Shown here: positions 1-7,394 of the stretch, one piece after another
How positions within the stretch are numbered: position 1 is the first letter of the stretch
How the letters are laid out: each line of letters starts with the position of its first letter
Assembly: GCA_947304475.1 (NCBI GenBank)
Contig: CAMZBE010000001.1
Coordinates: 1 to 30,413, forward strand
DNA length: 30,413 nt
Direction of reading: 5' to 3'
Source of the DNA: an uncultured Clostridia bacterium
GTDB taxonomy: Bacteria; Bacillota; Clostridia; Oscillospirales; CAG-272
The notes under the pieces: generated by a model
What the model was told of the DNA's origin: nothing
Databases searched by the model: none
Seen by the model: only the letters and a program-made list of their open reading frames with translations
Translations under genes and position numbers: made by a program

Positions 1-7
1 TATATAG

Positions 8-13
8 TATAAT
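8..13 (+). promoter_or_regulatory. sigma-A -10 box (TATAAT) upstream of the putative 6S RNA and rny
   Basis: TATAAT at 8-13. The -35 would lie before the window start. Confidence 0.5.
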
Positions 14-29
14 GTTTACTGGGAAAATT

Positions 30-208
30 CAGTCGCCCGACGTGTAACGGGCGGCGGAGACTTCCCTGCCCGAACGTTCGGGCGCATCACAAATCATCCG
101 GCGTCCACCCTCGCCCGCGGACATAGAGCAAAGGTCCCGCTTCCCGGCGCGACGGATGCCGAACCAAGCGGCGCGCTCCCCGTTGATATCCGAACGGGCG
201 GCGTACTG
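30..208 (+). ncRNA. ssrS: Probable 6S RNA
   Basis: Hand-folded ~180-nt rod. Closing stem: 30-33/205-208, 34-39/195-200 and 46-56/174-184. Central bubble: 57-94/159-173. Apical stem opens with CATCCG(95-100)/CGGATG(153-158). The 3' bubble contains GAACCAAG, as in E. coli 6S. Lies just downstream of a -10 box and upstream of rny. No covariance-model search run. Confidence 0.6.
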
Positions 209-248
209 CCGCACCCCCACGCAAAATACGAATAAGAAAGGAAAAGAA

Positions 249-1793
249 ATGCCCGATTTTGTCTGGTACATCATCGTGGCGGTCGCCGCGCTCGCCGTCG
301 GCGGACTTGCCACCTATCTGTTCTTAAAAAAGAGCGGCGAAGCAAAACTCGCCTCCGCAGAAGCAGAAGCGAAAAAGATCCTGGAAACGGCGCTCCGCAC
401 CGCCGAAACGCGGAAGAAAGAGTCGCTGCTCGAAGCGAAAGAAGAAGTTCTTCGCTTGAAGAACGACGCGGACGCCGAGATCAAGGACCGCAGACGCGAG
501 ATCTCGCGGCAGGAACACCGGCTCGCCCAGAAAGAGGAGAATCTGGACGGCAAACTCGAAAGGATGGAGAAAAAGGAGGTCGCCCTTCAGCAGAAATACA
601 AGGAAGCGGAAGATAAGATCGCGGAGATCACCGCGCTGAAGGAGACCGAGACCGTCAAACTGGAGAAGATCTCCGGTATGACGAGCGACGAAGCCAAGCG
701 CGAACTGCTTGACAAACTCTCGGGAGAACTGCAGCACGAAACCGCCCTGAAACTCTCCGAGTACGAGGCGCAATTCCGCGAAGAAGCCGACGCGAAGGCA
801 AAGGATATCCTCTCGCTCGCGATCCAGCGCTGCGCCGCCGATCACGTCAGCGAGGTCGCCATCTCGGTCGTCTCGCTTCCCAACGAGGACATGAAGGGGC
901 GGATCATCGGCCGCGAAGGCCGGAACATCCGCACCATCGAAACCCTGACCGGCGTGGAACTGATCATCGACGACACCCCCGAGGTCATCACGATCTCCGG
1001 GTTCGATCCCGTCCGGCGCGAGATTGCACGGCTCGCGCTCGAGAAACTGATCGCAGACGGGCGGATCCACCCCGCGCGTATTGAAGAAATGGTGGAAAAG
1101 GCGCAGCGCGACGTCGAACAGTCGATCAAGCAGGCGGGCGAAAAAGCCGTCTTCGAGACCGGCGTTCACGGGCTGAACCCCGAACTGGTCAAACTGCTCG
1201 GCCGCCTGAAATACCGGACGAGTTACGGACAGAACGTCCTGCGTCACTCGATCGAGGTCTCGCTGCTCTCCGGCATCATGGCGGACGAACTCGGCGTGGA
1301 CTCCACGCTCGCGAAACGCGCCGGTCTGCTCCACGATATCGGTAAGGCGCTGACCGCCGAGATCGAGGGCTCGCACGTCGGGCTGGGCGTGGACGTCGCG
1401 AAGAAGTACCACGAGAGCAAGGACGTGATCCACGCGATCGAGGCGCACCACGGCGACGTCGAGGCGAAGTCCATCGTCGCCCTGCTGGTGCAGGCGGCGG
1501 ACGCCATCTCGGCGGCTCGGCCGGGCGCACGGCGCGAGAACGTCGAGAACTATATCAAGCGTCTGCAGAAACTCGAGGAGATCAGTTCCGAGTTCAACGG
1601 CGTCGAGAAGTCCTTCGCCATTCAGGCGGGCCGCGAAGTCCGCGTGATCGTCAAACCCGAAATGATCGGCGACGACGAGATGAAACTGCTCGCCCACGAC
1701 ATCGCCAAAAAGATCGAGGGCGAACTCGAATACCCCGGTCAGATCAAGGTGAACGTGATCCGGGAGAGCCGCTACACCGACTACGCGAAATAA
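249..1793 (+). CDS. rny: Ribonuclease Y (514 aa)
   Basis: N-terminal TM helix, coiled coil, KH domain ([14 protein letters not shown]) and HD domain (LLHDIGK). Start moved to ATG 249, behind an AAGGA RBS. Confidence 0.97.
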   Translation: MPDFVWYIIVAVAALAVGGLATYLFLKKSGEAKLASAEAEAKKILETALRTAETRKKESLLEAKEEVLRLKNDADAEIKDRRREISRQEHRLAQKEENLDGKLERMEKKEVALQQKYKEAEDKIAEITALKETETVKLEKISGMTSDEAKRELLDKLSGELQHETALKLSEYEAQFREEADAKAKDILSLAIQRCAADHVSEVAISVVSLPNEDMKGRIIGREGRNIRTIETLTGVELIIDDTPEVITISGFDPVRREIARLALEKLIADGRIHPARIEEMVEKAQRDVEQSIKQAGEKAVFETGVHGLNPELVKLLGRLKYRTSYGQNVLRHSIEVSLLSGIMADELGVDSTLAKRAGLLHDIGKALTAEIEGSHVGLGVDVAKKYHESKDVIHAIEAHHGDVEAKSIVALLVQAADAISAARPGARRENVENYIKRLQKLEEISSEFNGVEKSFAIQAGREVRVIVKPEMIGDDEMKLLAHDIAKKIEGELEYPGQIKVNVIRESRYTDYAK

Positions 1794-1823
1794 TTTGCTC
1801 CGGGCTTCTTCCCGGATCCCGGT

Positions 1824-1851
1824 CGACCGGGGGGGAGATCCCTCCCGGTCG
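1824..1851 (+). terminator. Stem-loop between rny and ymdB (weak terminator or mRNA stabiliser)
   Basis: 12-bp stem 1824-1835/1840-1851 with one G-U pair, followed by GTTCTTTG. The U-tract is poor. Confidence 0.35.
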
Positions 1852-1875
1852 GTTCTTTGAGTTTTGGAGGTATCT

Positions 1876-2658
1876 ATGCTTCGTGTTTTGGTGCTCGGCG
1901 ACGTGCTGTCGCCGGCAACGGTCGGCTTTCTCTGCCGTCGGCTTTGGAGTTTCCGGCGTGAAAACAGGGTGGATTTTGCAGTCGTGAACGGCGAGAACGC
2001 CGGGTTCTTGTCCGGGATCGGATCGAAGGACGCCGCGCTGTTGCTTGAGGGCGGCGCCGACTGCATCACCGGCGGGAACCACACCATGGCGGCAAAGTCG
2101 ATTTACCAGACGCTCGAGTCGTCCGACCGGGTGCTGCGCCCGATCAACCTCGCCGACGGCGTACCGGGCGCGGGCTACACGATCCTGCCGGCGCGCGATC
2201 GCCGGATCCTGGTCTTTTCGGCGCTCGGCTGCCTGTTCATGGAGGCGGGGACGCCCGATCCGGTGCCCTATATCGAACGGGTGCTCGCCCGTGAAAAGGG
2301 GCGCTACGACCTCTCGGTCCTCGACCTGCACGCCGAGGCGACCGGCGAAAAGATCGCCGCCGCGTTCCGCCTGGACGGAAAGATCTCGGCGATCTTCGGG
2401 ACGCATACGCACGTACCGACCGCCGACGAGACCGTTCTGCCGATGGGCACCGGCTATATCTCCGACGTCGGCTTCTGCGGCCGTACCGGCGGCGTCCTCG
2501 GCGTAAAAACCGAGGTGATGACCGCCCGACAGAAGACGCGGCTCCGCTATTCCTACGCCGAGGCGGAAGGTTCGTTCCGCGCCCAGGGCGCGCTCTTTGA
2601 TCTGGATGAGGCGACCGGGAAAACCCTTGCGGTGCGCCGCGTCGAATTCGGTGAATGA
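1876..2658 (+). CDS. ymdB: YmdB/TIGR00282-family metallophosphoesterase (260 aa)
   Basis: Motifs GD, NGEN, GNH, DLHAEATGEK and GTHTHVPTAD. Canonical position after rny. GGAGG RBS at 1866-1870 precedes ATG 1876. Confidence 0.92.
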   Translation: MLRVLVLGDVLSPATVGFLCRRLWSFRRENRVDFAVVNGENAGFLSGIGSKDAALLLEGGADCITGGNHTMAAKSIYQTLESSDRVLRPINLADGVPGAGYTILPARDRRILVFSALGCLFMEAGTPDPVPYIERVLAREKGRYDLSVLDLHAEATGEKIAAAFRLDGKISAIFGTHTHVPTADETVLPMGTGYISDVGFCGRTGGVLGVKTEVMTARQKTRLRYSYAEAEGSFRAQGALFDLDEATGKTLAVRRVEFGE

Positions 2659-2681
2659 CAATAGACCTGCGAGGTAACGGG

Positions 2682-5600
2682 ATGCTTTACAAAAAGAACC
2701 GGGAAAAGACGCTCTCGCCCGAACTGTTCCGCGCGCCGACCAGCGAGTACCGCGGCACGCCCTTTTGGGCGTGGAACTGCCGTCTGGAAAAAGAGGAACT
2801 GCTCCGGCAACTCGACGTCATGAAAGAGATGGGCTTCGGCGGTGCGCATATGCACGTCCGCACCGGGCTGGACACCCCCTACCTCTCCGACGAGTTCTTC
2901 GATATGATCGGGGCGTGCATCGACAAATCCGAAAAAGAAGGGATGCTCGCCTGGCTCTACGACGAGGATCGCTGGCCGTCGGGTGCCGCGGGCGGAATCG
3001 TGACCAAGGACGAACGCTTCCGCCAACGCACCCTTTTGTTTACAAAAACCCCCTATCAAGAGGGGGAAGACGGCGGGGGGCTGACCTCTTCGAGTGCCGT
3101 GGCGACGCGAACCGGGAACGGAAAACTGCTTGCCCGCTACGCCGTCCGGCTGAACGGGCGGGGCGAGTTGGCGTCCTACCGGAGGCTGCGGCACGGCGAG
3201 CCAGACGAGGCGCAGGCGGGCGAAGAGATCCGCTATGCCTACCTTGAAACGCCGCGCGAAAATCCCTGGTTCAATAACGAGACCTACCTGAACACCCTCG
3301 ATCCGAAGGCGGTCGCCCGTTTTATCGAGGTGACGCACGAGAGTTACCGCCGTCGCTTCGCGAAGTCCTTCGGGAACGTCGTTCCCGCGATCTTCACCGA
3401 CGAGCCGCAGTTCACGCGCAAGACCGTGCTGCCCTACGCCAAGAGCGACCGCGACGTGACGCTTCCCTTCTCGGACGATCTGGAAGAGACCTTTGCCGCC
3501 GCCTACGGCGCGTCTCTTCTCGACCACCTGCCTGAATTGATCTGGGAACTCCCCGAGGGGGTGTCGAGGATCCGCTATCTCTATCACGACCACGTCGCCG
3601 AACGCTTCTCTTCCGCGTTTGCCGACCAAATCGGCGCGTGGTGCGAGAAAAACGGCTTGATGCTGACCGGGCACATGATGGAAGAACCGACCTTGCGAAG
3701 TCAGACCGCCGCGCTCGGCGAGGCGATGCGCTCCTACCGCTCCTTCCAGTTGCCCGGGATCGATATGCTGCTCGCCCGCCACGAATTTACGACGGCGAAG
3801 CAGGCGCAGTCCGCCGTGCACCAATACGGACGCGAAGGCATGATCAGCGAACTGTACGGCGTGACCGGTTGGGATTACGATTTCCGCGGGCACAAACTGC
3901 ACGGCGACTGGCAAGCCGCGCTGGGCGTGACCGTCCGCGTCCCGCATCTGGCGTGGGTGTCGATGAAGGGCGAGGCAAAACGCGATTACCCCGCCTCGAT
4001 CAACTATCAGTCCCCGTGGTATAAGGAATACCGCGCCGTGGAAGACCACTTCGCGCGCGTCGCCACGGCGTTGACGCGCGGTAAACCGCTGGTGCGCGTG
4101 GGCGTGATCCACCCGGTCGAAAGTTACTGGCTCCACTGGGGCCCCGCCGAGCAGACCGCCGCGATCCGCGAAAAACTCGAGAAACGCTTCTCGTCTCTTG
4201 TCGACTGGCTGCTCTTCGGAACGGTGGATTTCGACTTTATCTCCGAATCGCTCTTCCCATCGCTCTGCCCGGACGCGGACGCGCCGCTCCCGGTCGGAGA
4301 GATGCGCTACGACGTCGTGATCGTTCCGGGCTGTGAAACCCTGCGTTCGACCACGCTCGACCGGCTCGAAACCTTCCGCAAGAAGGGCGGGCGCCTGCTC
4401 TTTCTCGGCGAGGCGCCGCTCTATGAGAACGCTCTGCCGTCCTCGCGCGGGCGGGAACTGTGGGCGTCTTCGGAGGTCGTTTCGTTTGAAAAATGCGATC
4501 TGCTCGCCGCCCTGGAGCCCGTGCGCGAGATCGAGGTGCGCGACGCGTCGGGTTCGCTCTCCGACCGCCTGCTCTCCCAACTTCGTATCGACAGGGACTG
4601 CCGCTGGCTGTTCCTCTCTCAGGGCAGAGATCCCTACAACAAAGACGTTTCGACGCACTCCGACGTGACGGTGACGGTCAACGGGCGCTTCCGCCCCGTC
4701 CTCTACGACACCGAAACCGGAGAGATCTCCCCGCTCCCCTATACGCTCGACGGAAACAAAACGGTTTTCGTCCGCCGCTTCTACGATTGCGACAGTCTGC
4801 TCGTAAAACTGACGCCCGAAGACGGTGCTGCCGCCGGGCAGAACGCGGCGCCCTCGCCGACGAAGCGCGCCGACGTCAACTTCCCCGACACGGTCCCGTA
4901 TTCGCTCTCGGAACCCAACGCGCTGGTGCTCGACTATGCCGAGTACGCCCTTGACCGGGGCGAATTCCGTCCGAAGACCGAGATCCTGCGCATCGACACC
5001 CTGCTCCGCCGCGAACTCGGCTGGCTGAAGGGCGATCGGTGGGACGCCCTGGGTTCGACCGCGCAGCCGTGGGTGCTGCCGCCCGAGATCCCGACGCATA
5101 TCGTTACGCTCCGCTATACGGTTTTGTCCGACGTGGATCTTTCCGCCGTTACCCTTGCGCTCGAGGACGCCGACGTGGCGACCATCGAGTGGAACGGTGC
5201 CCCGGTCGACCGGAAACCGGAGGGGTTTTACGTGGATCGGTGCATTCAATGCGTCTCTTTGCCCGCCGTGAAACGCGGCGTCAATTCGCTGGTCGTAACG
5301 CTGCCCTACGCGAAACGCGTGTCGCTCGAGCGGATGTATCTGCTCGGGGAGTTCGGCGTGGACGTGAACGGGCAGGAGATCAGGTTGGTCGGGAAACGGG
5401 AAAAGGTCGGGTTCGACGATATTACCCGGCTCGGGTTCCCGTTCTTTTCGGGCGCGTTCCGGTATGAGATCCCGTTTGCGTCAAACGGCGAAGAGGTCAC
5501 GCTCACCGTTCCGCATTATCGCGGGGCGCTCGTCACGGCGGAACTCGACGGGAAACCGATCGGGCGGGTGATCTATCCCCCCTACCGGCTTTCGCTCGGT

Positions 5601-5804
5601 GCGCCCGCTGCGGGAACGCATACCCTGACGCTCTCGCTCTTCGTCTCGCGCCAGAACGGCTTCGGCCCCCTGCATAACGCCGACGAGTTCCACCGCGTCA
5701 CCCCCGCAGCCTGGCGTTCGGGCGACGATAAGTGGACCGATTCGTACCGCTTGACAAGAGAAGGAATACTAACCAAACCGATCCTGACCGAAGAGGAAGG
5801 GTAA
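2682..5804 (+). CDS. Large glycoside hydrolase, GH106 (alpha-L-rhamnosidase)-like, no signal peptide (1040 aa)
   Basis: N-terminal PFWAWN...GFGG...WLYDEDRWPSG pattern, FTDEP, SELYG, HLAWVSMKGEAKRDYP, and a C-terminal beta-sandwich region. GAGG RBS at 2671 favours ATG 2682; the ORF is open from 2655. Substrate is not certain. Confidence 0.75.
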   Translation: MLYKKNREKTLSPELFRAPTSEYRGTPFWAWNCRLEKEELLRQLDVMKEMGFGGAHMHVRTGLDTPYLSDEFFDMIGACIDKSEKEGMLAWLYDEDRWPSGAAGGIVTKDERFRQRTLLFTKTPYQEGEDGGGLTSSSAVATRTGNGKLLARYAVRLNGRGELASYRRLRHGEPDEAQAGEEIRYAYLETPRENPWFNNETYLNTLDPKAVARFIEVTHESYRRRFAKSFGNVVPAIFTDEPQFTRKTVLPYAKSDRDVTLPFSDDLEETFAAAYGASLLDHLPELIWELPEGVSRIRYLYHDHVAERFSSAFADQIGAWCEKNGLMLTGHMMEEPTLRSQTAALGEAMRSYRSFQLPGIDMLLARHEFTTAKQAQSAVHQYGREGMISELYGVTGWDYDFRGHKLHGDWQAALGVTVRVPHLAWVSMKGEAKRDYPASINYQSPWYKEYRAVEDHFARVATALTRGKPLVRVGVIHPVESYWLHWGPAEQTAAIREKLEKRFSSLVDWLLFGTVDFDFISESLFPSLCPDADAPLPVGEMRYDVVIVPGCETLRSTTLDRLETFRKKGGRLLFLGEAPLYENALPSSRGRELWASSEVVSFEKCDLLAALEPVREIEVRDASGSLSDRLLSQLRIDRDCRWLFLSQGRDPYNKDVSTHSDVTVTVNGRFRPVLYDTETGEISPLPYTLDGNKTVFVRRFYDCDSLLVKLTPEDGAAAGQNAAPSPTKRADVNFPDTVPYSLSEPNALVLDYAEYALDRGEFRPKTEILRIDTLLRRELGWLKGDRWDALGSTAQPWVLPPEIPTHIVTLRYTVLSDVDLSAVTLALEDADVATIEWNGAPVDRKPEGFYVDRCIQCVSLPAVKRGVNSLVVTLPYAKRVSLERMYLLGEFGVDVNGQEIRLVGKREKVGFDDITRLGFPFFSGAFRYEIPFASNGEEVTLTVPHYRGALVTAELDGKPIGRVIYPPYRLSLGAPAAGTHTLTLSLFVSRQNGFGPLHNADEFHRVTPAAWRSGDDKWTDSYRLTREGILTKPILTEEEG

Positions 5805-5963
5805 GGTCCGGCTGCAACGGACGCAGGAGGAGATTTTCTCTGCGCTTTCTTGTAAGAAAGCGCCCAAAGAACTTCATTATGGGAATATGATAAAGCAAAA
5901 CGGCGTTGCGACGCCGTTTTGCGGTTCTATAGCCTATACCTCGGTTATTATCTTTCCAACGCG

Positions 5964-5990
5964 CGGGGCGTCGAAGACGCCGCCCCCCAC
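5964..5990 (-). repeat. REP-like unit: GTGG foot plus GC-rich imperfect palindrome
   Basis: Minus strand reads GTGGGGGGCGGCGTCTTCGACGCCCCG, fitting the GT(A/G)G-plus-hairpin REP architecture. Confidence 0.45.
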
Positions 5991-6022
5991 GAAGATCGGC
6001 TTTGCCTTTGGCAATCTTTCAC

Positions 6023-6135
6023 GTCGCGCTTGCGCGACAATTCATGCAAACGCAGTTTGCAATTCATGACGGCGTCGCCGTCAATTCACGCGATCGGAGA
6101 TCGCAATTCATGCCGTTGCGATCCGTCGCAACGGC
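6023..6135. repeat. 22-nt-period array: constant AATTCA(T/C) linker between sequence-variable hairpins
   Basis: AATTCA at 6039, 6061, 6083 and 6105. The three internal units are different perfect 6-bp stems with 3-nt loops. Flanking stems are 7 bp (6023-6038) and 10 bp (6112-6135). Confidence 0.85.
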
Positions 6136-6179
6136 TTCCCTTTGTTTCCTTCTCGCCGCCCGCAGGGCGCCGGAAGAAA

Positions 6180-6334
6180 GTTATGAGTTGCGCTGCGGCG
6201 CAACGTTCAGAGTTATGAGAATACCGCCCGACGTGGGCGGCATTCGTTATGAGCAAACCGCGCCGTTGGGCGCGGTCTGCGTTTTGTTCTACCGAAAGCA
6301 AAGAGAACCGTGACGGTTGTGTTTTTGAAACCGC
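6180..6334 (+). repeat. GTTATGAG-hairpin module, copy 1 of a dispersed repeat
   Basis: GTTATGAG at 6180, 6212 and 6246, each followed by a different hairpin. Similar to 21083-21207. Confidence 0.8.
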
Positions 6335-6464
6335 GCACACGAAGAATGAGTGCGCGCTAACTTCATTCCCTAATGAAGTTCTTTGCTCCACTTTCTTACA
6401 AGAAAGTGGACGTACCTCTCGTTTCTCTCCCCCCCGGGGGGCGGTGTTGAAAAATTCTTTGTTT

Positions 6465-7184
6465 TCAGTCGATTTTGAGTTTTTTTATTCTTCTCTTTGC
6501 CCTGCCGACGTCGCGGAGCATCCGGCGGGTATCGCGGAAGAAACGAATGGTGGACGGGCGGTGATTGACGATCTTCACGGGGAGTTCTCCGAAGACGAAA
6601 CCGCACTTCTGCCCGATCTTGATCGCTTCGTAATCGAAGGCGAAACGGTCGACCTCACAGAGCGAAAAGATCTTTTTCGCCGCGGCGCGGCGGAACCCTT
6701 TCAATCCGGTCTGCGAGTCCGAAAGCGACAGTCCGCCCCAGAACCGGAGCAGGGACAGATAGGTTTTCGAGACGATCTTCCGGGCAAAGGAATAGCCGGC
6801 GTACCCTTCGGGGTGCTTGACGCGGGAACCGACCACGGCGTCGAACTCGGGGTGTTCGTCGAAGAGGTTGACCATCTCGGCAACGACGTCCAGTCCGTAG
6901 GCAAGATCGCAGTCGGTAAAAATGATATAATCGCCCTCTCCCGCAAGCATTCCCTGCCGGACGGCGCAGCCCTTGCCGCGGTTGGGTTGGTAGGAAAGAT
7001 ACCGGACGGGACCGGTACAGAGTTCGTCCAGGATTGCTTTGGAACGGTCGGTCGAGCCGTCGTCTACAAAAATAACCTCGTACTGACCGGGAAACGCGGC
7101 TTCCATATAGGACGAAACGGCGCCGATCGTTTCGCGCAGGATCGTCTCTTCGTTATAGAGCGGGATAACGAGCGTAACTTTCAT
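6465..7184 (-). CDS. GT2-family glycosyltransferase, polyprenol-phosphate glycosyltransferase (DPM/DPG-synthase)-like (239 aa)
   Basis: VIPLYNE, VDDGSTD, NRGKG, FTDCD (DxD), DSQTGLKGF and FAFDYE motifs. Confidence 0.88.
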   Translation of the reverse strand: MKVTLVIPLYNEETILRETIGAVSSYMEAAFPGQYEVIFVDDGSTDRSKAILDELCTGPVRYLSYQPNRGKGCAVRQGMLAGEGDYIIFTDCDLAYGLDVVAEMVNLFDEHPEFDAVVGSRVKHPEGYAGYSFARKIVSKTYLSLLRFWGGLSLSDSQTGLKGFRRAAAKKIFSLCEVDRFAFDYEAIKIGQKCGFVFGELPVKIVNHRPSTIRFFRDTRRMLRDVGRAKRRIKKLKID

Positions 7185-7205
7185 GGTTATTTCCCTCCGA
7201 CGCCC

Positions 7206-7234
7206 ATTATAGCACGCTTTCCCCCGTTTTGCAA
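7206..7234 (-). promoter_or_regulatory. sigma-A promoter of the GT2 gene
   Basis: Minus strand: TTGCAA, 17-nt spacer, TATAAT, with an extended -10 TG. Confidence 0.7.
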
Positions 7235-7271
7235 GCCAGGCGGGGGCGTGTTATTTTTATTTCAAATTTTT

Positions 7272-7280
7272 TTATCCACA
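7272..7280 (+). promoter_or_regulatory. Perfect DnaA box upstream of the dnaA promoter
   Basis: TTATCCACA, 3 nt upstream of the -35 hexamer. Consistent with autoregulation. Confidence 0.8.
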
Positions 7281-7283
7281 TAG

Positions 7284-7312
7284 TTGAAAATTATTAATAT
7301 ATGTGGTACAAT
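7284..7312 (+). promoter_or_regulatory. sigma-A promoter of dnaA
   Basis: TTGAAA (7284-7289), 17-nt spacer, TACAAT (7307-7312), with TG at 7304-7305, in an AT-rich region. Confidence 0.7.
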
Positions 7313-7394
7313 AGAATATAAACATTTTTTAATAAAGTATAAATTATAGTACGCGCGAAGACGACGGCTGATGCCGAAGGGAAAGGAACGCCCG

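Larger units (their letters stand above)
5842..6410. repeat. Non-coding multi-hairpin cassette bounded by imperfect terminal inverted repeats (REP/BIME- or MITE-like)
   Basis: 5845-5860 is the reverse complement of 6391-6406 (16/16). 5865-5879 is the reverse complement of 6371-6385 (15/15). GGGAAT 5881-5886 matches 6365-6370. More than 12 internal hairpins. No TSD or transposase seen. Confidence 0.75.

Noticed and set aside
156-248. N-terminal extension of rny from ATG 156
   Set aside because: It lies inside the structured RNA and has no RBS. ATG 249 has an RBS and puts the TM anchor at the N-terminus.
324-5249. Long antisense ORFs 324-2087, 1744-2661 and 2553-5249
   Set aside because: Shadow frames of rny, ymdB and the GH gene caused by high GC codon bias; no motifs.
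6039-6110. CRISPR array interpretation of the AATTCA repeats
   Set aside because: The constant part is only 6-7 nt, the spacers are 15-nt palindromes, and there is no leader or cas gene. Kept as a non-CRISPR hairpin array.
5830-6420. Classical IS/MITE with target-site duplication
   Set aside because: No direct repeat flanks the inverted ends, and no transposase remnant is visible.
5887-6606. Short ORFs across the hairpin cassette (5887-6069, 5919-6218, 6002-6313, 6086-6391, 6370-6606)
   Set aside because: Mutually overlapping, no recognisable domains or good RBS, and the sequence is explained by palindromes.
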